A DNA stretch of 64,000 bases from Octopus sinensis (GCF_006345805.1 NC_043005.1:69254001-69318000), one strand, 5' to 3'. Positions 12,688 through 27,227 are shown, counted from the first letter of the stretch. The notes: generated by a model not told the origin, from the sequence alone. Program-made: numbers and translations.

Positions 12688-13091
12688 CGCAGGAGTGGCT
12701 GTGTGGTAAGTAGCTTGTCTACTAACCACATGGTTCCGGGTTCAGTCCCACTGCGTGGCACTTTGGGCAAGTGTCTTGTACTATAGCCTCGGGCCGACCA
12801 AAGCCTTCTGAGTGAGTTTGGTAGACGGAAACTGAAAGATGCCCGTCGTATATATGTATAGATGTGTATATGTGTGTGTTTGTGCGTCTGTGTTTGTCCC
12901 CTGGCATTGCTTGACAAGCGATCTTGGTGTGTTTATGTCCCCGTTACCTAGCGGTTCGGCAAAAGAGACCGATAAAATAAGTACTGGGCTTACAAAAGAA
13001 TAAGTCCCGGGGTTGAGTTTCTCGATTAAAGGCGGTGCTCCAGCATGGCCGCAGTCAAATGACTGAAACAAGTAAAAGAGTAAAAGAGTAA
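12686..13091 (+). mobile_element. tRNA-derived SINE family A, full length
   Basis: A-box-like tggctgtgtgg, B-box-like ggttcagtccc, CORE-like ttgggcaagt, internal TA/TG repeat, (gtaaaaga)n tail; close copies at 14619 and 32189. Confidence 0.9.
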
Positions 13092-14618
13092 TACACACAC
13101 ACACACACACACATATATATATGTATATATATAGTCGGTTTTCCCTTATTAAAACTCTAATTATTTAAACTCTAATTGAATTAATTTGCTACGTCAATGT
13201 GCCATAGCTTTAATTTTTTTCTTCATTTCTGTTGCCAACCTGACGCTAAATTGGCTAAATGATAACCTCTTCACAGTATGGACAAAATTTTCATTAAATT
13301 TATCATGCTTGTCACAATAAAGTGTTTTCGTTATCACCTTGTTGTATACTTAATGACATTAATTATTAACGTTAATAGGAAGTCTCTATATTGTTGATTG
13401 CTGAAAATTGACACTGCATGCATGTGGATATTGCTAAAACATAGTGGTAAATAATTTTTGATTAAATTGTGAATCGCGACTATAGGTGGTCAAATTTTCC
13501 CATTGTGGGGTCAAACTTCCTCATCTATTAGACATAAACAGTGAGACTTGTATAATTTGTATTCCTTCTTCATAAAATAATAACATCTTCCACAGAGCAG
13601 ATTTCACTTTGAAAACTAGTGTCTTGTGTCTGTTCACGTTGAATCAAACTGATGTTCTAGAAAGTGCACGTCATTTAAATATCCTATTAGAACTTTGTGC
13701 TTAAGGGTGTCTTCCATCCTACCTATTTTGGATCGGTATCTTAAGCTTGCACCTATCATCAATAAGCTTTGTTGTGCTCAGTTTAAAGTATTGTTCCTTG
13801 TTCACACCCTTCTTTATAACACTCTGCTATTCATTGTTACATCGACTCACTTGGCAAAGATACGACATAGTGTCCTTTTATTGTAAAACACTGTATCATC
13901 CACACGTATTGCACATACCGCAGGGTATAAGCATGTTGTTAATATAAGAATTTGAATAGGAAAACAACTCATATACTATTAATGTTAAACACACATACGC
14001 GGCCACACACAAACACTAACCGTACTTTACCAAACATGAGTCACATTCAAATAGAGCAATGATAGTCATTCGATCTGCTGGGTTTTATTGGCCTTTACTG
14101 TGTTTCATGGTGAAGAGTCACCCTTTAAATAGTTTGTATAACTCATCCCAACGATGATTCATTCACAGTGGGATTACATTTGATTTCAGCTTGCATATGC
14201 TTCTGTAATAGTATTAGCTCATATCATTTAAGTATAGGTCATGTTCCTGAAATTTATTTCCCAGTGAAGGATTAAATGTTTTATAAGGTCGCAAATTATA
14301 AAATTTAGTCTATTCTATTTTGGTTGAAATTGATCGGTAGACATGCGACACATACTAATGAATATTCTATGAGCCTATAAATATTTATTTCCGAGGCGTT
14401 CTGCTCCCCGCCCCCGTTCATATCAGTGTTGATTTTGCTTAGTTTTTAATATATTATTCCTCATAAGTATATAATCTGTACCATTTGAAGGCGTAGAATG
14501 TGACATATTAAGCGGTAACTAAGTGGTGTATTGTAGTAACACAGCTATTTCATTGCCATTTATTTTAAGCGACAAAAATATCGAATGAAATGGAATTATC
14601 GAGTGAAAAATAATAACG

Positions 14619-15034
14619 GGCGTAGGAGTGGCTGTATGGTAAGTAGCTTGTTTACCAACCACATGGTTCCGGGTTCAGTCTCACTGCGTGGCACCTTGGG
14701 CAAGTGTCTTTTACTATAGCCTCGGGCTGACCAAAGCCTTGTGAGTGGATTTGGTAGACGGAAACTGAAAGAAGCCCGTCGTATATATGTATATATATAT
14801 ATAATTGTGTGTGTGTGTGTGTGTGCGCGCATATGTTTGTGTTTGTCTCCACAACATCGCTTGACAACCGATGCTGGTGTGTTTACTTCCCCGTAACTTA
14901 GCAGTTCGGCAAAAGAGACCGATAGAATAAGTACTAGGCTTCCAAAGAATAAGTCCTGGGGTCGATTTGCTCGACTAAAGGCGGTGCTCCAGCATGGTCG
15001 CAGTCACATTACTGAAGCAAGTGAAAAAGTAAAA
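14619..15034 (+). mobile_element. tRNA-derived SINE family A, full length
   Basis: Colinear with 12686-13091. Confidence 0.9.
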
Positions 15035-15589
15035 TTCAAAGTTAGTAAAATACCATGGAGCATAGTATAATTCGTATTGATAGTAGTGAGAAATAGGACT
15101 GCATTTTGTACAACGCCTACAAGAACACAGTGCTATTCTATCCTACATTTCATTAAATAGCCAGGAATTAATAGCCAATTTGTTCGATGAAGCTGTATTG
15201 CCTTATAAAATTATTTTACTATTACCTAGAAAAAATAATAGAATATTTGTTAAAATATAGGTGTATTTATTATAATACTGATATGTCGCATTTTTGCTAT
15301 ATATCTATTTGATAAATTGAAACTGCTTCAATCAAGCACTGGCTTTATCTCATTCAGCTATAAAGTGTAATAATGTTTGTGCTTCTCATTGCATTTGGCT
15401 TAATAATGCAGCAATTAATCAACCCTTTGTGGTTGTGCGCATGGGGTTAAATTCTACCTTTTCTTAAGTGTCTAATGCTTATATCCATAGAAAACATTTC
15501 TGTGTGATGTTCATTAAAGGTAAGCATGTTGAATAAAACATAGAGAATAAAACACATGAGAATAAAACACATGAGGGCTAAAAATTTAT

Positions 15590-15790
15590 TCAATGTTTGG
15601 CACAAAGGTAGCAATTAAGGGGCAGATTAAGTCGATTACATCAAACCCAATACTCAGCTGGTGCTTACTTCATCGGCCCCGGAAGAAAAGCAAAGTTAAT
15701 TCCGGTGGAATTTGAACTCAAATCGTGAAGACGGGCGAAATGCTACAAAGTATTTCGCCCGGCGTGCTAACGATTTAACCATCTCACCTA
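15590..15790 (-). mobile_element. tRNA-SINE family C
   Basis: ggaatttgaactca...tttcgcccggcgtgctaacg matches the head of 31651-32069. Confidence 0.8.
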
Positions 15791-15955
15791 CTTACAACGG
15801 CTAAATCTAGAGAATGGATTTTGTGTCACAAAGACTAAAACCTAGAGCAGAATTATCGTTGAACTTTTATATGTTTAGGTCATTACACTGTGATAATGAT
15901 GGGGCATTAACCTGAAAGTTTATTCCAACAAATTTATCTCACATTTATTTTAAGA

Positions 15956-16271
15956 GGCGCAATGGCCCAGTGGTTAGGATACCGGACTCGCGGTCGGAGG
16001 ATCGCGGTTTCAATTCCCAGACCGGGTGTTGTGTGTGTTTATTGAGTGAAAACACCTAAAGCTCCACGAGCCTCGGGCAGGGGGTGGTGGCGACACCTGC
16101 TGTACTCTTTCGCCCCAACTTTCTATCATTCTTTCTTCCTGTTTCCTGGATAACGCTGCGATGGACTGGCGTCCCGTCTAGCTGGGGGAGGGGACATACG
16201 CCGCAGATACTGGGAAATCGGGCCCACGAGCCTGGCTAGGCTTGAAAAGGTCGCATAAATAAAAAAAAAAA
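15956..16271 (+). mobile_element. tRNA-derived SINE family B with poly(A) tail
   Basis: ggcgcaatggcccagtggttagg (A-box), ggtttcaattccc (B-box-like), central ctgcgatggactggcgtcccgtc motif like that of other metazoan SINEs, A-rich end. Confidence 0.85.
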
Positions 16272-16359
16272 CATTAATTTTTACGCAAGTTACTTATCAT
16301 TCACTTATACACCGTAACATAAATAAAGTGATAAAATTTGTCAAACGGCGGTGCGGACA

Positions 16360-16593
16360 AAGACAAACACACACACACACATACATATACACACACAAAC
16401 ACACACATATAATATATATATATATATTCGGCAGGAGTATTTCATATTCCACCTACAAAAATACACGCACACTGCAGTGATCTCCCAGCGCTATAGTGGA
16501 AGACTTTCACTCAAGGTGCCACACAATAGGACTGAATCCAGAATAAGGTGGCTGGGAAGCTAACTTCGTATCACAAACCCTCGCATGCATCTA
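16360..16593 (-). mobile_element. Old degenerate SINE family A copy (5' half)
   Basis: ctatagtggaagac...caaggtgccacacaataggactgaatcc is the reverse complement of the family A head. Confidence 0.7.
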
Positions 16594-17519
16594 TAATTAC
16601 AAATTAACTAATTTTGTAGTAATTGTTCTAATCGATGACCTTTAATATTCCATATTCAGAAATGCTGTGATAATTATATTCAATATACAAATAAATGTCT
16701 TAGAATATTTTGAAAAGCAGAATTATAATCACAGCAAAATTCTACACTTCCAATACTGTATAGTAACAAGCGAATATGTTCTATTTCCTTTTAAGTGTTA
16801 AGGATGTGTCAAATGTCCAGATAATATATAAATATTAATGCAACACTTTTTTCTTATGATTGCAATTCAATTGCATCAGAATCACAGCGACATGAGACAA
16901 GACATTTAAAGTGTGAATTAATTTGATGTCAGAAATAATGAAAACAAAAACGAACCATCCAAAGTATTAACAGTGACAGTCACGTTATTTGTAAGAAGAA
17001 GAATGTGTCCAAATTCGCACAACTATTTTAATATGTTTGCCACTAGGAGTAAATACTTCATGTTTTCACACCATTTTCGAGAATTTAGTAGAAGATAGCA
17101 CCACAATAATAATGTATCAAGTTAGTATGCCGGGGTAATTAAAGTATCGGTAGACGTTCCAAAAAAAGGCAGTCGAATGAAAAAGACTAGAAGCACTTTG
17201 GAAATCGATTATGTATTGGACAAGTAAACTTAAAAGCCATAAAATCTATTTTCTCACGTTCTTAGTTCCTTCTTTATTATCTATACGCTTGTAAAAATCC
17301 AACCCTCAAGTTAAAATACACAAATTTTATAGTCTAACCCGTTACCAGGATATTGCCTGTATGTACATTTATTCTATTTCTAAAGTAACTGCTCAATTGA
17401 TAGATTATAGCTAATCGTGATTAGGCAACTATAACATGTCTGCATTCAGTTGGAGTTCAAGCCGGACTTGTTGATAGCTGTTCAACCTGAGCACAAATTG
17501 TATGTGTCCATTACCTTGC

Positions 17520-17732
17520 GCCTTATGTGTGCGTGCTTTTCTGTGTTTATGTATGTGTTTTCGTTTTTCTGTTTGAATACACCACAGCTTCAGAAACGGT
17601 TCTGCTTATTTTGTTACTTTATAACTTATGATTTCTGCTGAGAAGACAGATAAAATATGTATCTGTGTTAAAAGTCAGTACTGGGGATAGTTCAGTCGAC
17701 TACAATCTCCAAGGTGGAATTCCAACATTGCG
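17520..17732 (+). mobile_element. Old degenerate SINE family A copy (3' half)
   Basis: agacagataaaata...gtactgggg...tcgact...aaggtgg...ccaacat follows the family A tail. Confidence 0.55.
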
Positions 17733-17983
17733 TATTTTAAATACAAATGTGCACATTTGGTATATTTTCTTTTTATTGATTACCATTGGATCTATCAAAA
17801 GCTCTACAGAAATGCCCTTATGGAATTTATACGTGGTTGGATAATCCTAATCGGTTGTATGAATTTTCAAAAAATAATCTTATGTGGTAGTGCTAACCAA
17901 GATATTAGTGGCATTGTGACTCGTACTCTCAAATCTCAGTAATCGATTAATTCGATTGGTTCGTTAATATTGAGGTATTAAAC

Positions 17984-18260
17984 AGGCGAACTGACAGAAT
18001 CGTTAATACGCCGGGCAAAATGCTCAGCGGCATACAGTCTTTTTTTAAGTTTTGATTTCAAATTCCATTGAGATTGATTTTGCTGTTAAATCGTTAGGGG
18101 CCAACAAATATGCACCAATTAAGCACTGGGGTCGGTGTAATCGTCTTATCCCATTTCAAAAATTGCTGATTTCCTGCCAAATGTTGATACCAATATCACT
18201 CGAAATAGCTGAATCTGTAGTGCAAATTCCGCCGAGTCGACGTTGTCCTTTAACAATTTT
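17984..18260 (+). mobile_element. tRNA-SINE family C plus a partial second body
   Basis: ggcgaactgacagaatcgttaatacgccgggcaaaatgc head; second caaattccgccgagtcgac at ~18222. Confidence 0.75.
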
Positions 18261-18481
18261 TTTTGAAAGCTGACACATCTAATTTTTCATTCTAACTCAT
18301 TTTGCGCTTTATGAATTATTTATAAATCATTTTTTGCTATATTTGTTTAAAAATTGATGAGTTGGATATTCGTAGTTTTGAAATATGAATATATATATAT
18401 ATATATATAATATATATATATATATATGTGTGTGTCTGTGTGTGTATATGCGTGTGTGTGTGTGTGTATTATATATATATA

Positions 18482-18527
<46 letters not shown>

Positions 18528-19716
18528 AGAGAGAGAGAGAGATGTTTCCAAGTTATCGTTGGTACGGACATAAAATCTAAGTGGCTTCCGTGGTCGTGTG
18601 TACCAGTTATTAATGCCGGCATGTCGGCTAACTTACGTTAGTATATAAAAATTAAATCTCCAATAAATGTTTTCACCAATATCAGTCTATAACCAGTATC
18701 CTTAACTTTAAACAAATTTGATTTAATTATAAAATTAACAAATTAAACAATAGACTTATACCTCATTACTAACAACATCAATCATAATAATATGAGTAGA
18801 AGAGGTTGCAATATTAGGGAGAGTATTTCACCCTGAAGACGTGGTACCTACTAATATATGTAAATAGAGATGCAAATTTTGCTATGTGCATTAGTTAATT
18901 GCTGAAGAAACATGTGTAGATGTAGAAACGAAAAGAAATAATTAAATATAGAATGAAACTGGATACGAATCTCAAATCTACGTTATAATACATTCATTAT
19001 ATGTTTGTGTGTCTGTGTGGGTTTGTGTGTGTCTATGTGTATGTTTGTGTATGCGAGTGTGCGTATGTGTGTACGGGCAGTGTGTATGTTTGCGCGTGCG
19101 TGGCTGTGTATAATATGCATAGATTAAGAAAGGAATCAGACGCTGTCGTGCCGAACGTCTTTTTAGTTATCACTACAGATATGGAAAATAATGTTTTTCC
19201 TTTTTATCGTTACCTATTTTTAGAATTTAACGCCATCACCTACGGTTGCGTTCAATATGATTCTATGCTGTTGCATGACAAACAAATTTATAATAGTTGC
19301 ATAATGCAAAAAGCACGAGAAGTATATTTATTTGTCTGGTTTCAATATATATCGATTATAGACTTTCTACTTGATTTTTCACGATATGTATCCGAGTTAT
19401 AGACAAACATGCAACAATATGAAAGCATTTTTACATTCAATTTCTGATTGCTTTTTATCCCACGTAAAGCATGCGTATACTTCACTGACAAAAGTAAGAA
19501 TATTTCGGTATGAGAAATTACACATATACAAACCTATAACCTAGCAATTTAGCTAATCATTCATTATATATTGTATTCATATTATGAATCTTTGAGATTA
19601 TGTCTGAATGTTTTAGGTATAAGGTATTTGAACTTCTTCGAATTAACGTAGAATTTTAAAGACATTATATACCAAATATATCGTATGATCAACTTACATA
19701 GAATAAGTGTAGACTG

Positions 19717-19921
19717 CAGTTCTATATTTAAGAGATGAAGAACTATATACATTATTTACATTATTTACATTTGATGGATATTTATCATCGTCTTGTTTGT
19801 TGTTAACACGACGTTTTGGCTGATATACCCTCCAGTCTTCATCAGGTGTCTTGGGGAAATTTCGAACCTGGGTTCTCATTCCTAAAGAATTTTTCGTTAT
19901 CATTATTATTATTACCATCAA

Positions 19922-19971
<50 letters not shown>

Positions 19972-20113
19972 ACCTCATCATCATCATCATCATTATTATT
20001 TTTCAAGTCACTGCCTGAATCTTGGGGTTAGAAACCCGCATTCTTAACGACTATAGGGGCATATGGCGTACATCCGTCAAATGTAAATGGTGTAAATAAT
20101 GTAAATAATGAAG
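19717..20113 (-). mobile_element. Composite non-autonomous element: tRNA-like head, (ATG)n, PLE-type tail with hammerhead motif, ~30-bp inverted ends
   Basis: 19750-19779 inverted at 20072-20110; minus strand tagtcgttaagaatgcgggtttctaaccccaagatt resembles tRNA D/anticodon arms; hammerhead at 19805-19850. Confidence 0.7.
19805..19850 (-). ncRNA. Minimal type I hammerhead motif, probably inactive (GAAA->AAAA)
   Basis: gacac CTGATGA a gactg...cagcc AAAA cg TC gtgtt: stem I gacac/gtgtt, G12 replaced by A. Confidence 0.65.
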
Positions 20114-20623
20114 TATAAACTACATTCAAATCTACACGATGCAATATTTCGTAAATGTTATGTTATCTGTCTGTAGGTATATTGCCTAATTTTTGCCATT
20201 GATTTTGGAGTCACGTTTTCGAAATCCATAACTGCCAATATATAATAGATGCTATTATGTATATAATTGGTTTAGTGTTTCAAATTGCAATGAAGCTTCA
20301 GTAATCTAATTCTCAATGTATTAAATGTATAGCAGTGCCTTATGAATAGGATAAATTTTAGAATTATACAACTGCGAGCTCATTACAGTTAACATTCGTC
20401 TATCATTCCTGTAAGAAACAAGCGGGAATATAAGAATGTTTGATGATCTCAAGCGGTTTCAAAATGGAAGACGCTAGGAGGGAGAAAAAGTGCGAGGGCA
20501 GACAATGGTCAAGTGAAATGAATCCTGTTAGGAACATGGTCAATTTGAAACAGTAAGTTTGTGGCAAACTCTGCGTGTATATAGCTATATATAATATGTA
20601 TATATATATAGTTGTATATAATA

Positions 20624-20706
<83 letters not shown>

Positions 20707-21398
20707 CTAAGTTGATGCCACATCCCACCAATAATAATATTGATAGAATAAACAACGTTTCTGCAGATAATAACTGAATAACGTCCTTATCTATATGTCA
20801 GAATTAATTTTCTGCTAAAATACCCTACATATACCTGACAACTCATCACGATACCTGGGTATCCTTCTTCAAATTGAGATTGAATAACCATATACCATAA
20901 CTAATAATTACAAGAAATCGCTAAACATTTAAATTGGTAAATTTTGTCGGGCATCAAATAACATTGAAATATCAGCCTCGAGATCAATTATATGTAATTC
21001 ATTCTTATACAATTCGGAAGCGGTTACGTTTAATTTTTGTTTTGTGGAATGACTAAAAATTCTCAGGTTACGTCTGATTTAATTGAATGATAGCTTTGCT
21101 ATAATTGACTCTATATGTAATATCCTCTGTATCTAGATAATTTCCCCTTGACAAATTGGTTTTAAGTCAGAAAGAAATATCTGTTCAGCAATAAATGATC
21201 AAATACCATCCAGCCACAATTTTCTCGCAGTGCTATTGCTGTGTAATGTAGCTCTGACCTACGTATTCTTCCCTTTCATTGCATAACTTGATTTCGGTTT
21301 GCACTGTATATTTCTAATCCTTACATTAAAGGTACTGCTAAGTTGTTTCTTTGCTCATTTCCATTTTATACCTTAGCCTTCTTAACTATATATATATA

Positions 21399-21485
<87 letters not shown>

Positions 21486-21999
21486 GTTGTTACAGTTCAT
21501 TGACTTGTAAGTGTTCGTTGCACTTCAACACAGATTGAAACCAATGGGAAACGTTACTTCATAGTCTCTTTTATGAGAACTCCACGTTTAATTTGTTACA
21601 CTTATCTTCCAAGCCCTACCCCCTCTCCATCTACACAGGAAAGCTACTTACATTAATTACTGCTTTCACAGATGGTGAAGACACGCTAGATTAAGAAATT
21701 TATGAAGCTCATAGGTTAGAGAATGAGGACTAAAGTCCGCCACACACCTACCCTCTATCATTTTATACTTTTTATCTTTCCATATCATTTTGCAAGTCTG
21801 AAAACCTGATTGATGGAAAGTTCGTTTAATATTCTGTGGATCTTCATTCTTCATTTGTATGAGCCATCAATGTTAATTAATGTAAATGATTTACACATTA
21901 TTAAAGATATCGTAAAACATTAATGAAATACCGTCCTTATATTTTCTTTATTCACTACAATCGCACATATACATATACAACTATATATGTATATATGTG

Positions 22000-22061
<62 letters not shown>

Positions 22062-22324
22062 GTATATTCATACACACACATATATACATATTAGAGGAAA
22101 AGTACAACAAAAACAAAGGCGGGGCGTGTATCTACAGTCATCTAAAAATTAGAGTAAAGCAATTGATAGAATGCAGATGGAGAATAAAGTTCACAGCTGT
22201 GAACTTGGAACATAACGGATGACCAATTATAGCACCTACGCAACGTACGCATACGTTTAGATCACCAATGAATTAAACACCTCATATTCTCTATCTAACG
22301 CTCTCCCCCCTCTCTCTCTCTGTG

Positions 22325-22520
22325 ACTGCGTTTGTATCGTTGGCGATTTTCTTTCTCCGTCTTCTCTTCCTTGGACCCTTCCTTTTCATATGTTTCTGAC
22401 GAAGAGCTCCGCACTAATCATTAACTGTTCTTTCTTTCTTTCATTTCATGAGCGTCCAAAAACACTATACTTGTTCCACGTCCTCGCGTTGTTGCGTTTT
22501 CTCTTTGTTCGTGTTTGAAT

Positions 22521-22525
<5 letters not shown>
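22325..22525 (+). mobile_element. PLE pLTR-like remnant with decayed hammerhead, abutting (TA)n
   Basis: gttt CTGACGA agagctccgcac then degenerate 3' core; pyrimidine-rich tail ending at TA tract. Confidence 0.5.
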
Positions 22526-22558
<33 letters not shown>

Positions 22559-22565
<7 letters not shown>

Positions 22566-22725
22566 AAAGGGCTTAGTAAAATATTACTTTGCCGCATACT
22601 GTATTTATTTTACTAAGCCCTTTTATATAATGTAATAATTTGAATTCGCCTTAAATGGTCCCTTTGCATACTGAACACTTGGTGAAATTGATTAATTAAT
22701 TAATTTTACCCTCAATGTTGAAATT
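22559..22725. mobile_element. Miniature fold-back element (25-bp arms plus ~95-bp tail) inside (TA)n
   Basis: ttatataaaagggcttagtaaaata (22559-22583) / tattttactaagcccttttatataa (22606-22630). Confidence 0.75.
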
Positions 22726-25700
22726 ATATATATATATATATATATATGAGGGGCTTGTGAACGTGTAAGTAATTTTCGGGTTTCTCATTTGACAAATAAT
22801 GTTATATGAAACGCCTTTTATGGGTTATTTATTTGTATTTAGGAAACAGATTAGCCATTGTAAGTTATTTCGTCTAAAGTATCTATGTATGTGACATTAA
22901 CACTTTTACCCGACGCATGTAAAAACAGGACATATTTCGATAGTTGTTAAGTGAAGTTTAATATACAACTATTTCAAAATAACTCGCATTAAGCAACCAG
23001 AAAAAAATGTAAAACATGAAAATTAAAAATGGTTCGCATAGTAAAATATTTGTTACCACTCAAATCAAAATTTTCTACTATTGCTAAAGTTTTGGGTGTA
23101 ATGTTGCATGTTTAAGGAATATTTTCTGAAATCACCACGCAAAGTTATAACATTCTCCACTAGATAATATTTGGTGATCTGTATACATGCATATGTAAAA
23201 TATATATGCATACATACATAAATATATATATTTATTTACACACATATACGTACATGCACACACATATATACACACACCCATATATATAAATATTTACACA
23301 TGCACACGTTTACAAGAAAACTAATCATAATTTCTCTGATGTTGAATTTAACGGAAATGTGCCATCGCATGTTGACAACAAAAGTTCTCTGTATCTAAAT
23401 ATCTCTGTAGTACGTATTATTATCGGCAACAGAATCTAATACGCAAGCAAAGTGTAAAATTATTGAAATGCCTATCATCAAAAGAAAATATTTCTTTTGC
23501 ATTGTATGCTGACATTTGTCTTAAAAAGACCATGAAATAACATGAAAGCGGTATGATTGTTAGACATTTTCGTTTAATTTACAGATATTAATGTTACTTT
23601 ATCACAGCTTTTAGAGATATTTGCCATTACCTATTTGTAATATATTCTTTTGCCATAACATTTGCTTTATATCAGTAATATAATTCCGCTGGAGAATTTT
23701 AATGCAAATAGATTGCGGTAAACTATTGGGTTTTAAACATCATTTAATTTTCAATATTTAATGTTCAATATTTAATTTTCTATATTTGGTTACATATGAA
23801 AACTTCACTGAGTTTCACGTAGCATTTCGCCCTTTCGGCGTCGATAAAGAAATAACAGTTGAGTACCGGGGTGTATTTTATAAATTTGATATCTCCTCCC
23901 AAACTATTAGCTTTCTGCCAAAATTTTAGACCAATATTTGATAACATATAATAGCACGCACACACACACACACGAACACACGAACACGCACGCATACACA
24001 CACACACACACACACATATACATATATACCTATGTATAAGCATATGTATACTCCTTTGGACTAAGTTTCTATATAACATTTGTAGAATTGCGATCTGAAG
24101 CTTCGACAGCGGACCCATTGATGCGCTTCTATTGCTACGTTAGATGGCAGAACACATAAGAGAGATGCCAGTGGGGAACTACGCCAGGACAGAGAGCAGC
24201 ATCTGATGCACTTTGTATTCATTATTGGGTTTCTGCAAATCAGTTGAATGAGTTGCAGTAATAATGGAGCAAGTAATATTCTTATAGTTTTCAGTGTGAA
24301 TGTTAATCTTTTGTTTGTATGGATTGCTATTAGTAGTGTTGATAATCTTTATCGTCTTTAGTTACAGGGAAGTCTTGGAATGTTGATTCTATATCAATGT
24401 CTTGCATAAATTCGAAAGACAAGTTCTCTTTCAATATACCATATAACATTTTGAATTTGCAATTTATTCAATTTGCTGTTTATGTACATACGCTGACTGG
24501 GTTTTGTTTAGCGTCATATTACACTTTGTAATATTTTCTGGAATATGTTGCTGTTCCAACTGGGATTGTTATAATCCTAGTTGAAAAATGTTTTATTTTT
24601 GCCACACTATATTTTTATAGAATAATGATGCCGTATCCATCCTTTCACACATTAATGCATTTATAGAAAGGTGTCCATATTTTTTTGAACGCGACGCTTT
24701 TACAAATTACGTTACATACTGACACCTTTCGTGTAGGCATGGAAATTGCATTTTTATTGAATTATAGAAGGAAAATTGGTGCGGTTGAAGATGGACGCAA
24801 AATATAGTTGCGGAAGAAACCCCAGTAGCGGCGGCTACATATTTCGCTCAGACAAAGACCTGACGAAATGTCCGATCAGAATCGAAGGCGCAGAAGTGAA
24901 AAGGGGTCACGTCAATCTTTTAAATAAACTAAAGTTTAAATATTCAACGGCTTGAGAATTTTGCAGAGGCCTGGGGCAACTATATATTATATTATCATAT
25001 TCGACAACCGAATGTACTAGTGCCGGTATGTACTTAAAAGCTGTTGGATTTGATAGCATAAATAAGCAGTTAGAAACATTGACTGAGGTGTCAGCCTTAC
25101 ACGTTCCTCCTAGGTGGGACCATCCTTTGTCCTATCTGTTTAAATAGAATTGTCAGATTTTACTCGTTGAGATGATCCAATCATTGACCTTTGTGGTTAG
25201 ATTCTAAGATTGTTAATACGTATTCTCTTATCACATTTTTAACTGTACATAACGTATGAAGATGTTGATGGTTCTCGCATGATACAATGTATTGTATACC
25301 AATATGAACTAAGCTTTCGTTGATATATCAAGAGAATTATCCATCAGCTACAAAGAAAATTAATAATTAATATTCTATATTAAATGCGCCCTAAACGAGA
25401 CAATATACAGATCTGCCTATCTCCTACCGTGCTTGAAAAAAATCATTTGTGTTCTCTGAGATGTGTATTTAAAAGAAAGCTTTAAAAGAAAAATCTTGAT
25501 TAACAACAAAAAGAATGGGACAAAATTCAGTCAACAGAGATTATGCAGTATTATTGCAATTCTTTATCAGAATGAATTGTTTCCACAGTTAAATGCAATG
25601 CAGATTCATGGCAACTGGTGTTATATGAAGACATGTTCAGATTTAACCAACAAATAAGACAAATCTTGTCAATTTTTTTTCATTTTGTTAACAATTTGAT

Positions 25701-26139
25701 CTTACAAGCACGCAGAACAAATTCTTAGAGCATATTATAATCAATATTGGTCTCATTGAAATTGTGTTTTAATTTTAACGTCACGTTCAATACGTATTTT
25801 AATACACTTGCACATCTTCCGGAGCTTGCCATGTTTTGAATCTGATGTGTAACGTATTTCAATTCAGTGCGGATCCAGGAATTTAACAATTCTTTTCAAT
25901 AGAGTATTAGATACCATTCACAATTAAATACCTAAGACGGAAAGAAAAAAATGATTACAATAGTTTAGTTAATATTCCATATTGCTCTGCTTCCGACTGC
26001 AGTTTCATTGACGATGCATTTATGGAATGAGATCGTAATTTACAATAATAACCATTTTGTTAACACAGCTTTAAATTGTATACATGTGATATTTATCTTT
26101 GATATGTTAACAATTTGCCTTCTTAATATTAAATTCACC

Positions 26140-26532
26140 TACATTTCGTCCGTCATCATGTTCTGAGATCAAACTCAGCCTGGTTTGACTTTGCCTTTCA
26201 TCCTTTTCGAAACAATAACTACTAATTCACTAGAAGTCGATTTAATCGACACGTCACTTTCAGCAAAATAGCTGACCTTGTGCCAAAATTTGAAACTAGT
26301 ATTATATTTAGCTATAAGGCGTCCAGCTGGCAGAATTGTGAGCATCGTGGGCAAAATGCTTAGTGGCATGTCATCCGTCGTTACATTCTGATTTCAAATT
26401 CCGCCGAGATCGGATTTACCATTCATATTATTGAATCGATAAAAAAGGTACCATTTGAACTCTGAGGTTCACATAATTCACAGAACCACTCAAAATTTTG
26501 TTTGCCTTGTGCCAAAATCTGAAACCAATATT
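26140..26532 (+). mobile_element. Two tandem degenerate SINE family C copies
   Basis: ttgactttgcctttcatcctttt and ggcgtccagctggcagaattg...ttcaaattccgccgag; both end in ccttgtgccaaaat.tgaaac. Confidence 0.75.
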
Positions 26533-27227
26533 GTATTCAAACTAGGTATAATATTACCTCTGGTAGCTCGCATATTTTAGGTGCTATTCAAAAACTGTCA
26601 CCAATCAGTCCTCAAAACTCTTAACCGAGTGCGTCACTGATTGTCTGTTTCCGAATTTCTTGTTCTCCATGTATATCAATTCCTTTGCGTTAAAATTGCC
26701 TTCTCTGAAAATTAAAATAAGTTCGTCTACAAATTCAATAATATCTTATCACAAATGTTTCAAATTCGAATATAACTGCTTGGTTAGTTAGTTACCATTC
26801 AAATGGTATTGTTTAGGATGTAACACCACTTCAAGAATTTATGAAAACTATGAGTATATAATTCTGCATTAGGACTTCTTCATGCGTTCCTCTTTCTTGC
26901 CTAAAATTGCACGTTAACATTTGTAGGCGTTGCTAATATTAGTTTAGCACATTACGACATCGCCTAAAATCGCCATCATTAGCGCATACGTAATTCCATT
27001 TCTCTTTGGTTTAAGCTTTATGTGCCTTGCAAGAATTGTTTTCTCTGCTACAATATAACTGAGATTTATTTTCCTTATATTCATAGCTGTATCAATTATT
27101 TGTTGCCGTTATAAATTATACCAAAATGAACTATAATTCAATGAAAAGAAAATCTATCATGGTAGTTATCGTCCGAGATCACTCGAAATCCATTAAATCA
27201 CGATCCTAATGATTTGCAGTAACAGCG

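Noticed and set aside
15956-16030. tRNA gene
   Set aside because: tRNA-like head continues into a SINE body and A-tail with no proper acceptor stem; same for heads at 12686, 14619 and 32189
24855-24915. CTGACGA...GAAA hammerhead candidate
   Set aside because: Stems II and III do not pair
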